Source: Paecilomyces variotii (taxonomy: Eukaryota). From it: 64,000 nt of DNA. The notes under the pieces were generated by a model that saw nothing but the letters and a program-made list of their open reading frames with translations, made no database searches and was not told the origin of the DNA. The stretch lies in NCBI GenBank assembly GCA_004022145.1, contig RCNU01000006.1; one strand, written 5' to 3'. Positions 23,900-36,535 of this stretch are shown here, piece after piece (positions within the stretch are counted from its first letter, which is position 1; the number at the start of each line of letters is the position of its first letter). Made by a program: the position numbers and the translations under genes.

Positions 23900-25391
23900 G
23901 ACGCACCGTCCAATTCCAATCCTTTCCTTCCGTTATGCGATCCCGCAACAGGTGTTGTTATATCCAATCCAATCCAAGATTGTCGCAAAGAAGAAACGTA
24001 TCAAAACCTCCCAGGCTCCATTCAAACAATGACGTGCTGTCAAGGAGACTCCAGAGTCGGTCCTTGAACGGTACGAACGGTATCGCAAGATATGAGTACA
24101 CTGCGGTCGTGAGCACGTCGACGTAAATCAGGTCTGATCCGAATTGGCCGAACTACTAAATCAAGGGACCGAGAAGCGCTCCGCGATAAAAGGGAAGGGA
24201 ACGTGTTTCTTTATGCTTTTGGTTTTTCGCAATGTAGCCACTGCCGTACGAACAAAACGACCGGAGACAAGCTGTTGGCGTCGAAAGTCCAAAAGAGTGG
24301 AGGACTAGCAGACAATGAAGGACAAGGTCAAAAAAAAAAAAACAAAACAGCGGCCGCGCTGCAAAGGACATGCGACAAAGAAACAACCAGCATGAACCAC
24401 AAGCCTGTCGAGGATCGAGAACTGCCAGATACTCCGTAGAAGAGAGAACCCCGTAGGCCTTCAAGCGGTGGTGACAAGTCGGAGACGGGGGAAGGTCAAT
24501 CATTCCCCTTTTCTGAGAGGGTCTGGGGCTGTTTCGCGTGGTGTAGCGCTGCCACCGTCGAACTTGACTCCCGAAGCGTAGCGCCGCAAGGGATTCGCCC
24601 GATCCCTCGTCAGCTCCAACCCCCTAACTAAACCTTGCCAGTTCTTAACCGTCTTTTGCTGTTGAGCAAAGCGAAAAGAGATGCTCGCGAGACGCTCAGT
24701 GTCTCTCGCCTCGCGCAGGGGTTCAAGAAGAACAACAATAATAATCCCTTTAGACTACCCGTCAGTTCAGTCCTTTCCGTTCGAGCATCTGATCTAACTT
24801 AACCTAACCTCTCCCCTTCTTCAGGGATCGGGACAGTTAGTTAACCTAGATACCTCAGCTCTGCTCAGATTAAGATGTTCCTTTTTTTTTTTCTTTCCTC
24901 TCCCTGATCGCTACTCTGCCGGCTTTGACCCGCAGCGGAAAGTTGCCCACGGCCGTTTGCTGAAGTGCACAAACCCCAGCACACTTGCGTACTCTGGAAA
25001 AGTCCAGACCGTTCCTCGAAGTCACTAAGTAGGTACTAGGGGCGGACGCTGGTCCGCCCCGTCAGGGCCAGTCTGACTTTGTCGTCTAGAGTATCGCCCA
25101 AAGAGAAGAAATAGAACGATCAAGCCCAAGGTGATAGATAGTATCTTAACCCGAGACGAGTTTCCTGGGGAACTTGAATTCAATGCAATACTTTATCTAA
25201 TCTAGGCAATTAATTCTAATCGTATGGTTGTTGTTTTTTCTCCTCTGAAATAGCAAGGAACTTGTTCAGGTACAGTACAATACGCCAAGAAACGGATTCT
25301 TAACGGATTTGATTCTTTCGAAACTCTCATCCTATATAATATGTAATAATAATTATCCATCTAGGTTTAGCATCTATGCATAAACGTTGTG

Positions 25392-25412
25392 CTCTCTCTC
25401 TCTCTCTCTCTC
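25392..25412 (+). repeat. (CT)n microsatellite
   Basis: Directly visible. Confidence 0.85.
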
Positions 25413-26327
25413 CTCCTCTGCATATTATTTTTCTATCCGTGACCGTACTACGTACGACAGGCAAAAAGAGTTATATTAATCAATACCACGTGTATATTCC
25501 CCTGAAATGAAACGAAATCGTTATTTATTTTCCTCTTTCAAACAAATAGATTCAAAACACTCCTAGGAAGAAGACAACATTCTTACCTACCTAGCTAGCT
25601 GCAGAGGGCGCGCGCGTGCGGGTAAGGCGTAAAGCGTCGGGGCAGTGGACAGTCACGTAACACGTTCAAGTCAAGGGATACTAGATAGTACTGTAGTTCT
25701 CTTTGTTTTTGGCAATTGCAGTCAGTTAGGTACTTAGGATAGTAACTAGGGGTAAAGGGGACGGAAGGATGGAGGGAAATATTCAATTATTGTTAAATAT
25801 CAGTTCTCCTCTCCTTACTGTGAAATCCAGGTAATGTATATCTGTACGCTAAATATTACTACCATACTGGATTACTGTACACATTAGGTACGCCTTTTAT
25901 TTGTGTTCCATATGCCCATACATGGTCGACTGATCCTGGGTATCTTTTTTTTTCTTCTCATTTCTCTGCTTTCTCTGCTTTCTTCAGCGGGTTCTTCATT
26001 AACTTCTAGCTCTATGCGGAAAACGCAAACAAAAAACAAAGGCACTGGCATTGTACATACATATGGCGCGGCATATGGATGAGGATGGCATATCAAGTCG
26101 ATCCAGACAGTTCAAGTAAAAAGGAAGACATGATATAAAATAAAAGACGATAAAATCTCTTGCTGGTCATGCAGATTGGGGACAGGCCCGGAGAAGTGGC
26201 GGAATAACAAGTAACCGCGACAGATCTTTAAGGGGGAGGAGGGCATCGACGCGTTGATGATACCAGCCCATTTTATATGTACAAGTGAGCGCGCATCAAG
26301 ACGCAACCCTTTTTTTGTTCTTTTTCA

Positions 26328-29300
26328 TTACTTCGACGAGGTCATCGTCAGGGTCTGTGCGCTCTTCGCAGCACCGACGGCCGCGGACACGGGAGTTGAC
26401 ACTCGCGTGGGAGCTTGGCTGCGGTTGTGCGCCATATGCGCCTTGACCAGGTGGCCGGCAGCCAGGGCTGAGCAGAGACTCAGCTCTCCGGCAAGAACAG
26501 CAGCGGCGACAATACGAGCAAGCTGGCGCGCGTTGTCACCAGGAGTCGTAGGGTGAGAGCCGCGGACACCCAAAAGCTCAAGCATAGCAGACTGTCCCTC
26601 AAGGATGGTACCGCCGCCGATAGTTCCAACCTCGACCGATGGCATCGAAACGGAAATCTGGAGATTACCGCCCACACTACAACTATTGTTAGCATCTATT
26701 GGCTGCCAGTGAGATCTAAATCCATGAGTGACTTACTTCTTCATGATGGTAATGCAGTTGCTACTCTCGACGTTCTGCGCTGGATCCTGACCAGTAGCGA
26801 GGAAAAGCGCCGTGACGATGTTGGATGCGTGCGCATTGAAACCACCAATGCTTCCTGCGACGGCACTACCAATAAAGTTCTTGCTGGTATTGAGTTCGAC
26901 CAGAGATTCCACGTCAGTCTTCAAGACGCTCTTGACAACGTCACCCGGGATGATAGCCTCTGCCACGACAGACTTGCCACGGCCGTCGATCCAGTTCACA
27001 GCAGCGGGCTTCTTGTCTGCACAGAAATTACCAGATACGGAGATCGTGATCATATCGTCGAAGCCGCATTCGGTAGCCATGACATGGAGCGCCTTTTCGA
27101 CACCCTTCGAGATCATGTTCATACCCATGGCATCACCAGTGGTAGTCTTGAATCGAATGTAAAGGTAAGTGCCTGCCAGGACGGTCTTCATAGTCTGGAG
27201 ACGAGCAAATCGACTGGTGCTGTTGAAAGCGGCAGTCATGACGCTTCTTCCCTCCTCAGAGTCGAGCCAGATCTTTGCAGCACCGGCTCGTGAAAGTGTG
27301 GGGAAGGAAACACAAGGGCCACGAGTCATACCATCGCCGGTGATCACAGTAACAGCACCACCGCCTGCATTGATGGCCTTACAACCTCGACTTGTACTGG
27401 CGACCAGAACTCCCTCAGTCGTAGCCATTGGAATAAAGTAACTCTGACCGTCAATGACCATAGGGCCAGCAACTCCCAGAGGCAGGGGCAGATATCCGAT
27501 AACATTCTCACAGCATGCACCGTGCACAAGACCGTAATTGTAATCCTTGTATGGAAGCTTGGATGATTCCAGAGAGCTGGTAATAGCAGCAGTAGCTGGA
27601 GTCCTGGACACAACAGCGCGACGAATTTTGACGGCCCTCGTAAAAGCATCAACGCGGCTCATGATGTTCTGATCTTCCATGGTCTTCTCCAGGGCGTAGC
27701 CAGGGATTTTGCCGCGCAGAGAGAGGTCGATCAGCTCCTCGTCCGTCAACAGTGACGCACGCTTTTCCTTCAGCATGGCCTCACACTCTTCCCGAGTTCT
27801 CGTCGAGCCGTCTTGTTTGATCTCAACCTTTTGGAACTCGACCTTGCGTTCCACACGAGGCTCTTGTGGGGTGACTCGGGAAGTCTCCGGTTCCTTGATA
27901 CTCCATCTGGCAGCGTTGAAGAGGTATCCGTTCAGTACAATACTCAAGGTCAGAGCGGCAATTATCCATTTGCTGATAACGGGATCTTCGAGGCTCTTAA
28001 GCATACTTCCGATCACCTTTCCACTCACAGCATCCAGGAACTGATCGGTGTACTCGATATCAAACGCGCGACTCTCACCAGCTTGGCCATAGTGAACCGA
28101 GGGAGCCTCCAATTTGTATTTGATCGGAGGTAGCACAGTCACTAGAGTCTCCAATTTCTTACTCTTCGCAGAGACGTAGATCGAATCCAAACCGTTCTCA
28201 GCGACCTTGAAGGGGTCAATCGGAGTAGGGGCCAGAACGTTGGAGATTCGCGAGAGAACAGGGAGACTCGCGCCCTGGTCAGGGTTCCGGAAGGGGATGG
28301 TAGAGAGGTTCACAATGTTGACCAGGATAAAACCGCTAACCATCAGGATCTTGAATTTCGGCACACTGCTCGCCCTGATCTTCTTCCCAAAGACACCAGC
28401 CTCCTTCGCCTTGTTGTCGTCGGAACCCACTTGAGTCCAGTCACTGTTTGAAGCGACATTCTCAGCAACACGTTGACTGACACCATCTTCCTCCAGGGCC
28501 TTCCGGAGAGCAACATGACGCTTGATTCTCGTGATCTCAAGCTTGATACAGAGGATAGTAGCATAGAAGGTGAACAGCAGGACGCAGTCGAAGAACAGGA
28601 TCCAAGCCGCCAGGAAGCAGAACTGTCGCAAGCCTCCCTGCACGCCAGACGCGGCTCCAGCTGTAAGGAGCGCGATCTCGATGCAGTAGTCTCGGACAAT
28701 GGCGAATCCTTCTTCTTTGACAGCCAGTTGGATCGACTCTTGAATAGATTTCGGCGAGTTGGGGCGTCCAGCAGCACCGGGTGCTTGGCGTCTGGTATCA
28801 GTCGAAGCAGAAAGGACAGCTCTCGTGAGGATAATAGACTTCTCGAATCCGACAGTCACGACGAGGAAGGGAAGTCCCTCAGAGAGTAGGAGCACGTTGA
28901 TGGGAACACCCAGCTTGGTCGTCACAAGCAGACCGAACAAAAAAGCGAATGCGCCATTGAAGAGAACCGCTGTGGCGAGCCAAAACTTTGATCCTAGGCG
29001 TCTCATTGACAGGAAAAGAGAAACGAAGGTCAGATGCATCGCCAGGTATCCCAACGTCATGATCACGATGTCAATCGTCTCAGCATGCTTGATCAAGTCG
29101 ACGAAGGAACCCCACGCGTCAGAAAACCAAGCCTTCAGCGGTTTCCGGAATCCAAGTCGCGAGTCACGAGCGGCTTTCATAACCCACTTCTTTCCTTGCA
29201 CCTCATCTTCACCAGTGGCGGAATCCGGGATCTCTTGAACCGCCTTCAGGAAATCAGAGATGTGATCGAAGGGAACCGTAAACGCAAGTGAGGAATCGTG

Positions 29301-29845
29301 AGAGAAAGGAGCAAACAGGTTGGGAGTATGCGGGACCGGCTGAGCAGATGCATTGGCCGGCAGAGGGATCTCCTCAGCCAAAGGTGCCGTCGATTCGGTT
29401 TTAGAGCTGGTGTCCGGAAAAATAAACGTAGCCAGGGCAAGATGCTGAGAGATCTAGAATAATGCTGCATTAGAATCCAGTCGATCCCTGCGACACTGTC
29501 TCCGGCACATACCTCATTGCCTTCCAACGTCTTGCCGTCCTCGACCTGCCATCTCCATGCAGTGCGCTCTCCCAAGCGAAGATTTCTACCACCCGCAAGT
29601 AACGAGTCCACATCCAATTGACCGTTGTTGCGCGAAGTTGCCTCGAATAGACTTCCTTCGAGGAGACCAACGTAGGTAGTACTGGCCAGCAGGGCGACCA
29701 CCACGATCGTGTGGATGGGGTGTCTACAAGCGTGGCCAGATACAGCTTGCAGAATGGGGGTCACTCGATGCTTCAGCCAACTAGGTTCCTGGGCATCTTC
29801 CGTACTGCTTGCTCGAAGCTTCCTTGGCAGGAAATTTGTCGCCAT
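26328..29845 (-). CDS. hmg1: HMG-CoA reductase, 3 exons
   Basis: Exons 29845-29513, 29453-26737, 26676-26328. HPIHTIV motif, sterol-sensing domain (LLSEGLPFL), and catalytic motifs [26 protein letters not shown] and GTIGGGT. Confidence 0.97.
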
Positions 29846-30034
29846 GTTGACGGGTTGAGGAGAATCGCGGCAGTGTGCGCCGCGTCCCTCAGGTTAAGCG
29901 GACGATAGCGAAAAGCCGTGAATCGCGCCCCGTCGAGACTTATTCAGGGACTCGACGTGATGATCTGTAGGAGAGAAGGGACTTTCTTCACTCGTGGGAA
30001 ACAAGCATGGGCGCTCGGAGGAAGAAGTCACGGC

Positions 30035-30120
30035 CTAGAAGAGAGAGCACGCCGTCAGCACATCATCATCATCATCCCATGAGGCGAATTTCAAAGGTGT
30101 TCCCTACACGGGAAACATAC
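30035..30120 (-). other. Probable 5'-UTR intron of hmg1
   Basis: GTATGT donor at 30120, GCTGAC branch site, pyrimidine tract and TTCTAG acceptor ending 30035. Confidence 0.6.
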
Positions 30121-32759
30121 CGGATACAGCGTAGGCAGAGTGGTATAGGGACCACGATATGACACGAAGGTCAATTCCACTCCCTCGTGCGGCGCGTCTC
30201 CCCTGAGAGTCGAAGAGAGAAGCTCCGGGATTGTGGGCGGTGGAGGATTTCGGGGGCCAACAGCAGCAGACCGCCGGAGAGCCAGCTTGCAGAAACTACA
30301 AAACCCCGAGTGGAGACGGGGCGAAAAAGGGACTCCTTAGCGATACGATATTAACTAGGCGATGATACTAATGGCAATAATAGTGAGAATAGCATCAACG
30401 AAGACGCTGGTAATAATCGATAACTACTACTGGAACGCTGGGAACTCGTGGGCGTGGGCGAGAGTGTGCCTGGAAAAAAAGCCGGAGAGAGCCGTCAACC
30501 TGGATACCGAACTGGGGATTATTCCCCTTCAGCCGTACTCTTACTCTCAGCTCAGCTCAGGCAATCCATCTTACTACGTTCTGTCTTCCCAAGGTTCCCG
30601 GTTTCTTGGCTAGCCTAGGTACGCGCACTTGCTTTTTATTAGGCAGACAAGATAATAATATCAACCAACTATGGTATGCGCGCAATCTCGCCCGTATTGT
30701 GCAACGCAAGTTGATATGCTCATAGGCTGTGTCCTCGTGCAATTTCTGGCGCTATCTGGTATGCAAAATGGCCCCCATATGAGTACATATCGATGTTGCT
30801 CGATCTCTCTGTCAGCACTCGGCAGGGTTATTCGTCCCATGCTCCACTTCCAGCCTGTGTAACCTTGTCCGATACATCACATCTGCCAGGGAAGATAGTC
30901 TACCATACTCGCTCACCGAGCCTACCCCGGATCAAGAGATCTTGTATCTTCCCAGTTGCCAGATGACTCCCACATCTCTTGAGGTTCTGCTCTACAGAAT
31001 AATTCTTCCCCAACTGTCGTAACAGCCGCCACCACGTGTGTGGCGTCTCTGCCACCTCCTTTCACGCGGTCAGGAGTCGGGATGCTTTTTCTTCTGCCTG
31101 GGAAATTAGTTAACCCATTTTTTGACCGCCGGTTCTCTAAGCCTGATTAGGTATGGATGGAGATCTTATCCCCTTGGCAGCCCGTCAGCCACGTTCGTAC
31201 TTGTAAGTCGAGGTTCCCCTCCAATCGAGTATGGTGCAAAATCCTGTCGGGTCTCGTAAATTTGAGATATTGCGATTCAGATGGTGCTGCGTGGTCGTGT
31301 GTTACGCACAGAAGACGCAGGTACGGGTTACAGAACAGATACGATCTGCGTTGATGTGGTTGCCGATAAATCACTAGCAGAGAACTTCAGAAAGCCCCAC
31401 AGAACATCCCAGTGTTGCTTCTCGAATAACACTCTGTTAGGTAATTATCCCCGTGGGAGTCGAGGGTCGTGGACTGTGATTCCTTTTGCTCAGTCAAATA
31501 TTAATAAAGATGAATCCTTAAATTGGCATTATTAGACAGTGATTTGTCAAAAGTGGGATGTCGCACGAGACTATCCGCGGTGTGTAAGAATATATAGATG
31601 TATAATGGTGAATAGCGGTATATAGATGGAGTGTTCCCAAGTATCCATTTCAATAACTTACAAGGATAGAGCAGCTAAAATTATAGCTACACCGCAGAAG
31701 AACAATCCTTACCATAACAGATCATCTAGAAGCAAGAGCATTAAAGTAACCGGGAGGATCGAATGGTCCGGAATTGCTTTCTTACAAACTCGGATATCGA
31801 CCAATCCATAATCCCCAGTGTAGGTAAAGGACCACGTGCTCCGATCATCATGGCGCTATTATTGACCTACTTAATCAAGGCAGCTAGTAACGTATAGTTA
31901 TCCTCCAGACACAAGACGACATAGATCAATAAGATCTCCAGATCCGATCTTTCGAGTATGCGAAGGAGCTTTATGGTAAACATTTCCCGCGTAGAGTTGA
32001 CACTGACAACATATCCCATTTCCCCAACTAGGTTATAGGTCAAAAGAGCCCGAGCACGCAATATCTAAGCGTGATTTGACAGGACGAGTGGAGCCACAGG
32101 GAGTGAACTTTATAATGCATTAGAAGGCTTGGAATCTGTAACTTTGACCTGGTAACCTAAGTATAACGACAGACTTTATGAAAAGCTTAATTCATTGGGA
32201 TAAAGGGAGGCACTACTAGACTCCAGAGAGCAGATTGAGTCTACGATATGAGAATGTGCATAAAGTGGCGATTGATAGATCACATGCAGGACAGCGTTAC
32301 GCATTGACGCATTGATAACGGGGCTGCATGGTTGAAGCAAAACGTCGATGCAGCCAAAACCTTCGAGAGGAAATGGCCTCGTGTGCATGCGCAGGGGGCA
32401 CACGCGCCGCAGAAATAAGCCTTTCTCTCGACCATAGTCGAATTACCTCGCAACATGGTTACGCTTAATTTGTACAGTACTATCCGCTTGTCATGGTCTA
32501 GACGGCAGTGTTACGATGTAGGGTCCTTGGTTACTAGAAGAAAAGCGACAGTCTTATCGAAGAAAACAGAAGATACATCGATCGAATCACGGTAAGTTCC
32601 GCGATATCATTGATCTATTCATCAATTGGCTTGACTTGGGCGTTTGTCGCACGCCAAATATTCCTTAAATACACTCAAGGTATCACACATCAGACTTGGA
32701 AGTCCGAGCACAACATAATCAATAGCCATTATCATCATCAATCATCCTACAGCCAACGC

Positions 32760-33200
32760 TTAGTTGGCGTAGTCCTCAGTGTATCCCTGCTCAATGTTCT
32801 CGCGAGCATGGCGCTTGGCCCTCTCACGGTCAACGTAGTCAAGGCCTCTGGTCTCGACCTCACGGTCAATGAAGGCACCAGCGAGACCGGCAAGGATCTC
32901 CTTGGCCTTCTCGTGGCTAGGGGGCTGGCCTATACGCGGATTATTAGCAATCGTGATGGAAAAAGTATACGGGCGAAGCACAATGCGTACCGTTCTCAGC
33001 GACGTGCTTCTCGTAGGCCTTAGCAGCCTCGTAGGAGGCAGCACCGGCAATCAGCTCGTGGGAGAGCTCGGCCTTGTGCTCAGAGCCGGTAAACTCGGCA
33101 TGGTTGTCGGAGAACTGGTCTTGGGGTTGGTTAGCAATGCTGCTCATCATGTAACATGGGGAAATAAAAGAGAAAGGGGAGGCCTACCGAAGAAACCCAT
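32760..33200 (-). CDS. cipC: CipC-like (DUF3759) small protein, 3 exons
   Basis: Exons 33200-33188, 33119-32991, 32929-32760. MGFFD, HKAELSHELIAGAASYEAAKAYE, SHEKAKEILAG and ETRGLDYVDRERAK. Confidence 0.9.
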
Positions 33201-36200
33201 TGTGATAGATGTGGTGAAGAGTGAAAAAGTGTGTAGATTTGTTTGTAGTGTGCTGATGATGGTAAAGAGAGATACTCTTGGAGGGGCAGAGGAGGGGTAT
33301 TTATGCCCTCCCACCGACACTCAGCACCATGTATGCCACGTACCATGACAGCAACACCTTTCCCGATTCCGTGATCGTTCTGCCTCATCCGACGTTTCAA
33401 ATCTAAGACGCCCTAGGAACCCCTGTGGTAGAAGCCATAATGACCCTCGTGCTTGGAGTCCCTCATCATCCACATAGGCTGGGTGCGCATCTATCTTCGC
33501 CCTATCGAAGCGCGGATCACAGGCACGGTCCCCACTTCTCACCCGCGAAGCTTTTTAGCTGTCTCGAGTGATCGGCTCGGCGTATTATCGAGATGGATGA
33601 GGCGCGGGGCTCAGATATCTAGCTTCCGATTGATCGTGACGGGAAGGACGTGGAGTCTGAACTCCATGAACAGATCTTCGGGATTGCCACGGGGAACACC
33701 GTCATTGAGCTTCAGCGGTGGAGAGTATTTGCCAACTGTGGATGAGTGCGGGCTGGATATCACTAGAGATAGTCCCCGAATCCAGCTTGGCGAATATGCC
33801 TATCAGAGCTCGCAACAGTGAGGAGAGCACGCTTACGCAGTCGAGTAATCTGCCCTACCTACCTAGGTAGGTAGTACATACATCCATCCATATGTTGCTC
33901 AACCACTGTACTTAGGGTGGGAAAATCAGTGCGTCATTGGGAGAGCTCGCAAAGTCTATGCTAATACTGATATACATTAGCAGTTTCTCAACATATAAGT
34001 CAAGTTAGTTAACTAGTTAGTTAGTTAGCTGTAGATACAGTTGTTATTAATAATTAGTTGCCACTTTTTCTGAGGCTGAGACTGCTGAACCCGCTTCAGT
34101 TACTTATTGGAAGTGGAACAAAGCGAGTGGGCTGTGGCGCGGCTCGCAACCCAGCCTCAATCATGGCTTAGCTCTTCTGAATAGGTAATTACTTCTCATC
34201 ACGAAAGACCGCCACTGCGCTAATCCAGCCCATCGATGGCTTCATTATTATCTTCTACTTGTCCTTTTTGCGTTCAAGACTTCAGTGTCGAGTGTGGAAG
34301 GTGCCATTGACGCAAGCTGTAGCTGATCTCTCGCAATTTCAATGAGGGGAGTGGGATAACGCAAAGCATTCCGTCGAGTTGAGAGACGCATCTAAGAGCT
34401 GCCTTATACTGTTTGTTTCAGACTGCGAGATCGTCGAATATTGTCTCTTCACCAAAACTAGCGGTGAGAGACGAAAGTGGAACTCGTCTGGTAGCATATG
34501 GATCGGAAACGAGCCTGTGATAGGACTTCCTGGCGCCGATTTACATGCAATTCGCAAGCGTCTAATCCAGATGAACCTCCTGCAGGAGCCATTTCTTCCC
34601 ATCCATGGCTTAAGATCAACACTATCAGCCCGCAGTGTATGTCTATGGCGAAGTACTCGTCTAGTGCTGAAAAGTTGAGTTCGGCCAGCGGGCTTAGCTT
34701 TATTTGTGTCTGTCCGAGCTCCACCGTCCTACGTATCGTCGTATTGGGACTTTAGTAAAATCTCTCAACAGCTCTCCACATGTATGTACGTCTAGAGTAG
34801 AGTAGAGTACTGGAGGGGCCAGGAGGGCAGACGAGGAGGGGCTCTCAAGGTACTTTACCCCTCCAGGGAAATCGGTAACGCAGTCCAGAGGGATAATGTT
34901 GATGATTCTCAAACGCTCATTAGGCACGCATCCTCTTGGCACCTCTCTATGGTCATAGGGAGCTTGGTTAGCTCAGAATGAGAGACAATAGGACATAATA
35001 TAAATATTATCAAGGTTGCGCTGGGATGGGAACAATGCGTTTCTTGACCGGGAGAGGAGGTTAAAAGAAGCAGCTCTCTGAGCAAAGAAAATAACGGCTT
35101 TTATATGCGCATATGATTTATCAGATTGACCTTATTTCCTTTGCAGGCCCACGTGGTATATGCTCACTCTCATGCAGCTTTCTTGAGTATTGAGTTTTTC
35201 AACGTTACTGTCCTTATTCCTATTATCCTCATGCTGCTGTTCAGCTTCTGGACACGATGGCATCAGCAGCCCCGCGGGGGCTGCGCAAGGAAAGCTTATC
35301 AAGCACAGCTGCTCTCTGATAGGCTCTCTCTTACCTGAAACGGGCATTTAGCCGGTGTTTCCCCTTCCGTTATCCGACACGATTTGTTGGTCCTCAGGCG
35401 CCGAAATCGCGCTCCGATTCAGCCAATCCACTTCGTCTCTTAGCCACCCATTGAGCAACTTCGCAACAATCAACCCACCACAGCGCCTTTTGAATCTCAT
35501 CACTGCGAAAGCGTGCAATATCTGCCAGACTTTGTAGATTTCTCTAGGATTCCTCAGACAGCTAGTGGAGATGAGGGAATACCAAATTTGTTTGCTTTTC
35601 GCGTCGGTAGTACTTACAGCCCTGTATTTCGTATGGAAGAGCTGGCTTGTACTGCACCGCGAACAATATGCCTTGTCTAACATTGTCCTCCTATTAGGTC
35701 TCGAGATGAGAGTTATCGCGTTCGATTGATTCAGGTACGGTGGAAAGCTGCATATAAATGGGATAGAGCCTTTATGCTTGGGCTCATGGATATTTCGCGC
35801 CCAGTCACCTCATCCTATTGATTCAGATGCGGCGTCAGCTGGTGAGCAGGGTAAACATATGGCCACAGATGCAACCTCTGCATTAGACCCTGAAACGTGC
35901 CTTGGTGTGGTGGACTACACTGTTCCAATAGTAGATCTAAGGCTACGATTAATTGGACGAGAACTATCATGTTGGCGCCCTGCTAGATCTGTCTCCTCCA
36001 GATTCTATGCAACGCTGCAACATCAATCAGCAATCTATAGCCTTGATACCAGGTTCCATCTTGTCGCATTCTTCTGGATCTCCACGTTTGATCCTTATTG
36101 TTGGTGTCGTATAAAACTTGATCTCATCAATTTGCAGGAGCAGACTAGAAAGATTACAAGCACTGTGTCTCACGGGTGAATATGCACTTGTTCTTCCATC

Positions 36201-36535
36201 TACCAACACAAGTGTGACTGAGGTTCAAGAGCTCGATTCACTCCCAATGAATAGAGTATTGTTGGATTAGTCCTGCGTAGGACATGTTTCCCGTGAGTAT
36301 ATCCTTATCCATTCAGCCGTCATTCATTGCTTCTCGTTTGTCTGTCTCAGAATCCATATAATAGTCATTGTTCAACACCCCTTGCAGTGAAGGCTCTCAA
36401 TCGAAATCACTATGTCATTGTCATGCTGACTCAAATAAAGATTTCTATATCCTCCAGGGTCTCATCATTCGCTCTCTAGATACTATATACTTGCCACTCA
36501 TTTTTTTCAGTTCTTCAGCAAAAATATTGCCCAAC

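Noticed and set aside
28590-29040. Hmg1 sterol-sensing-domain positions linked to triazole resistance in Aspergillus fumigatus
   Set aside because: The motifs ([24 protein letters not shown]) look wild-type.
30061-30076. (GAT)n run resembling C boxes in the hmg1 UTR intron
   Set aside because: Trinucleotide microsatellite next to the branch site, leaving no room for a snoRNA.
33400-36300. Many short ORFs between cipC and the secreted protein
   Set aside because: No recognisable domain or consistent exon structure.
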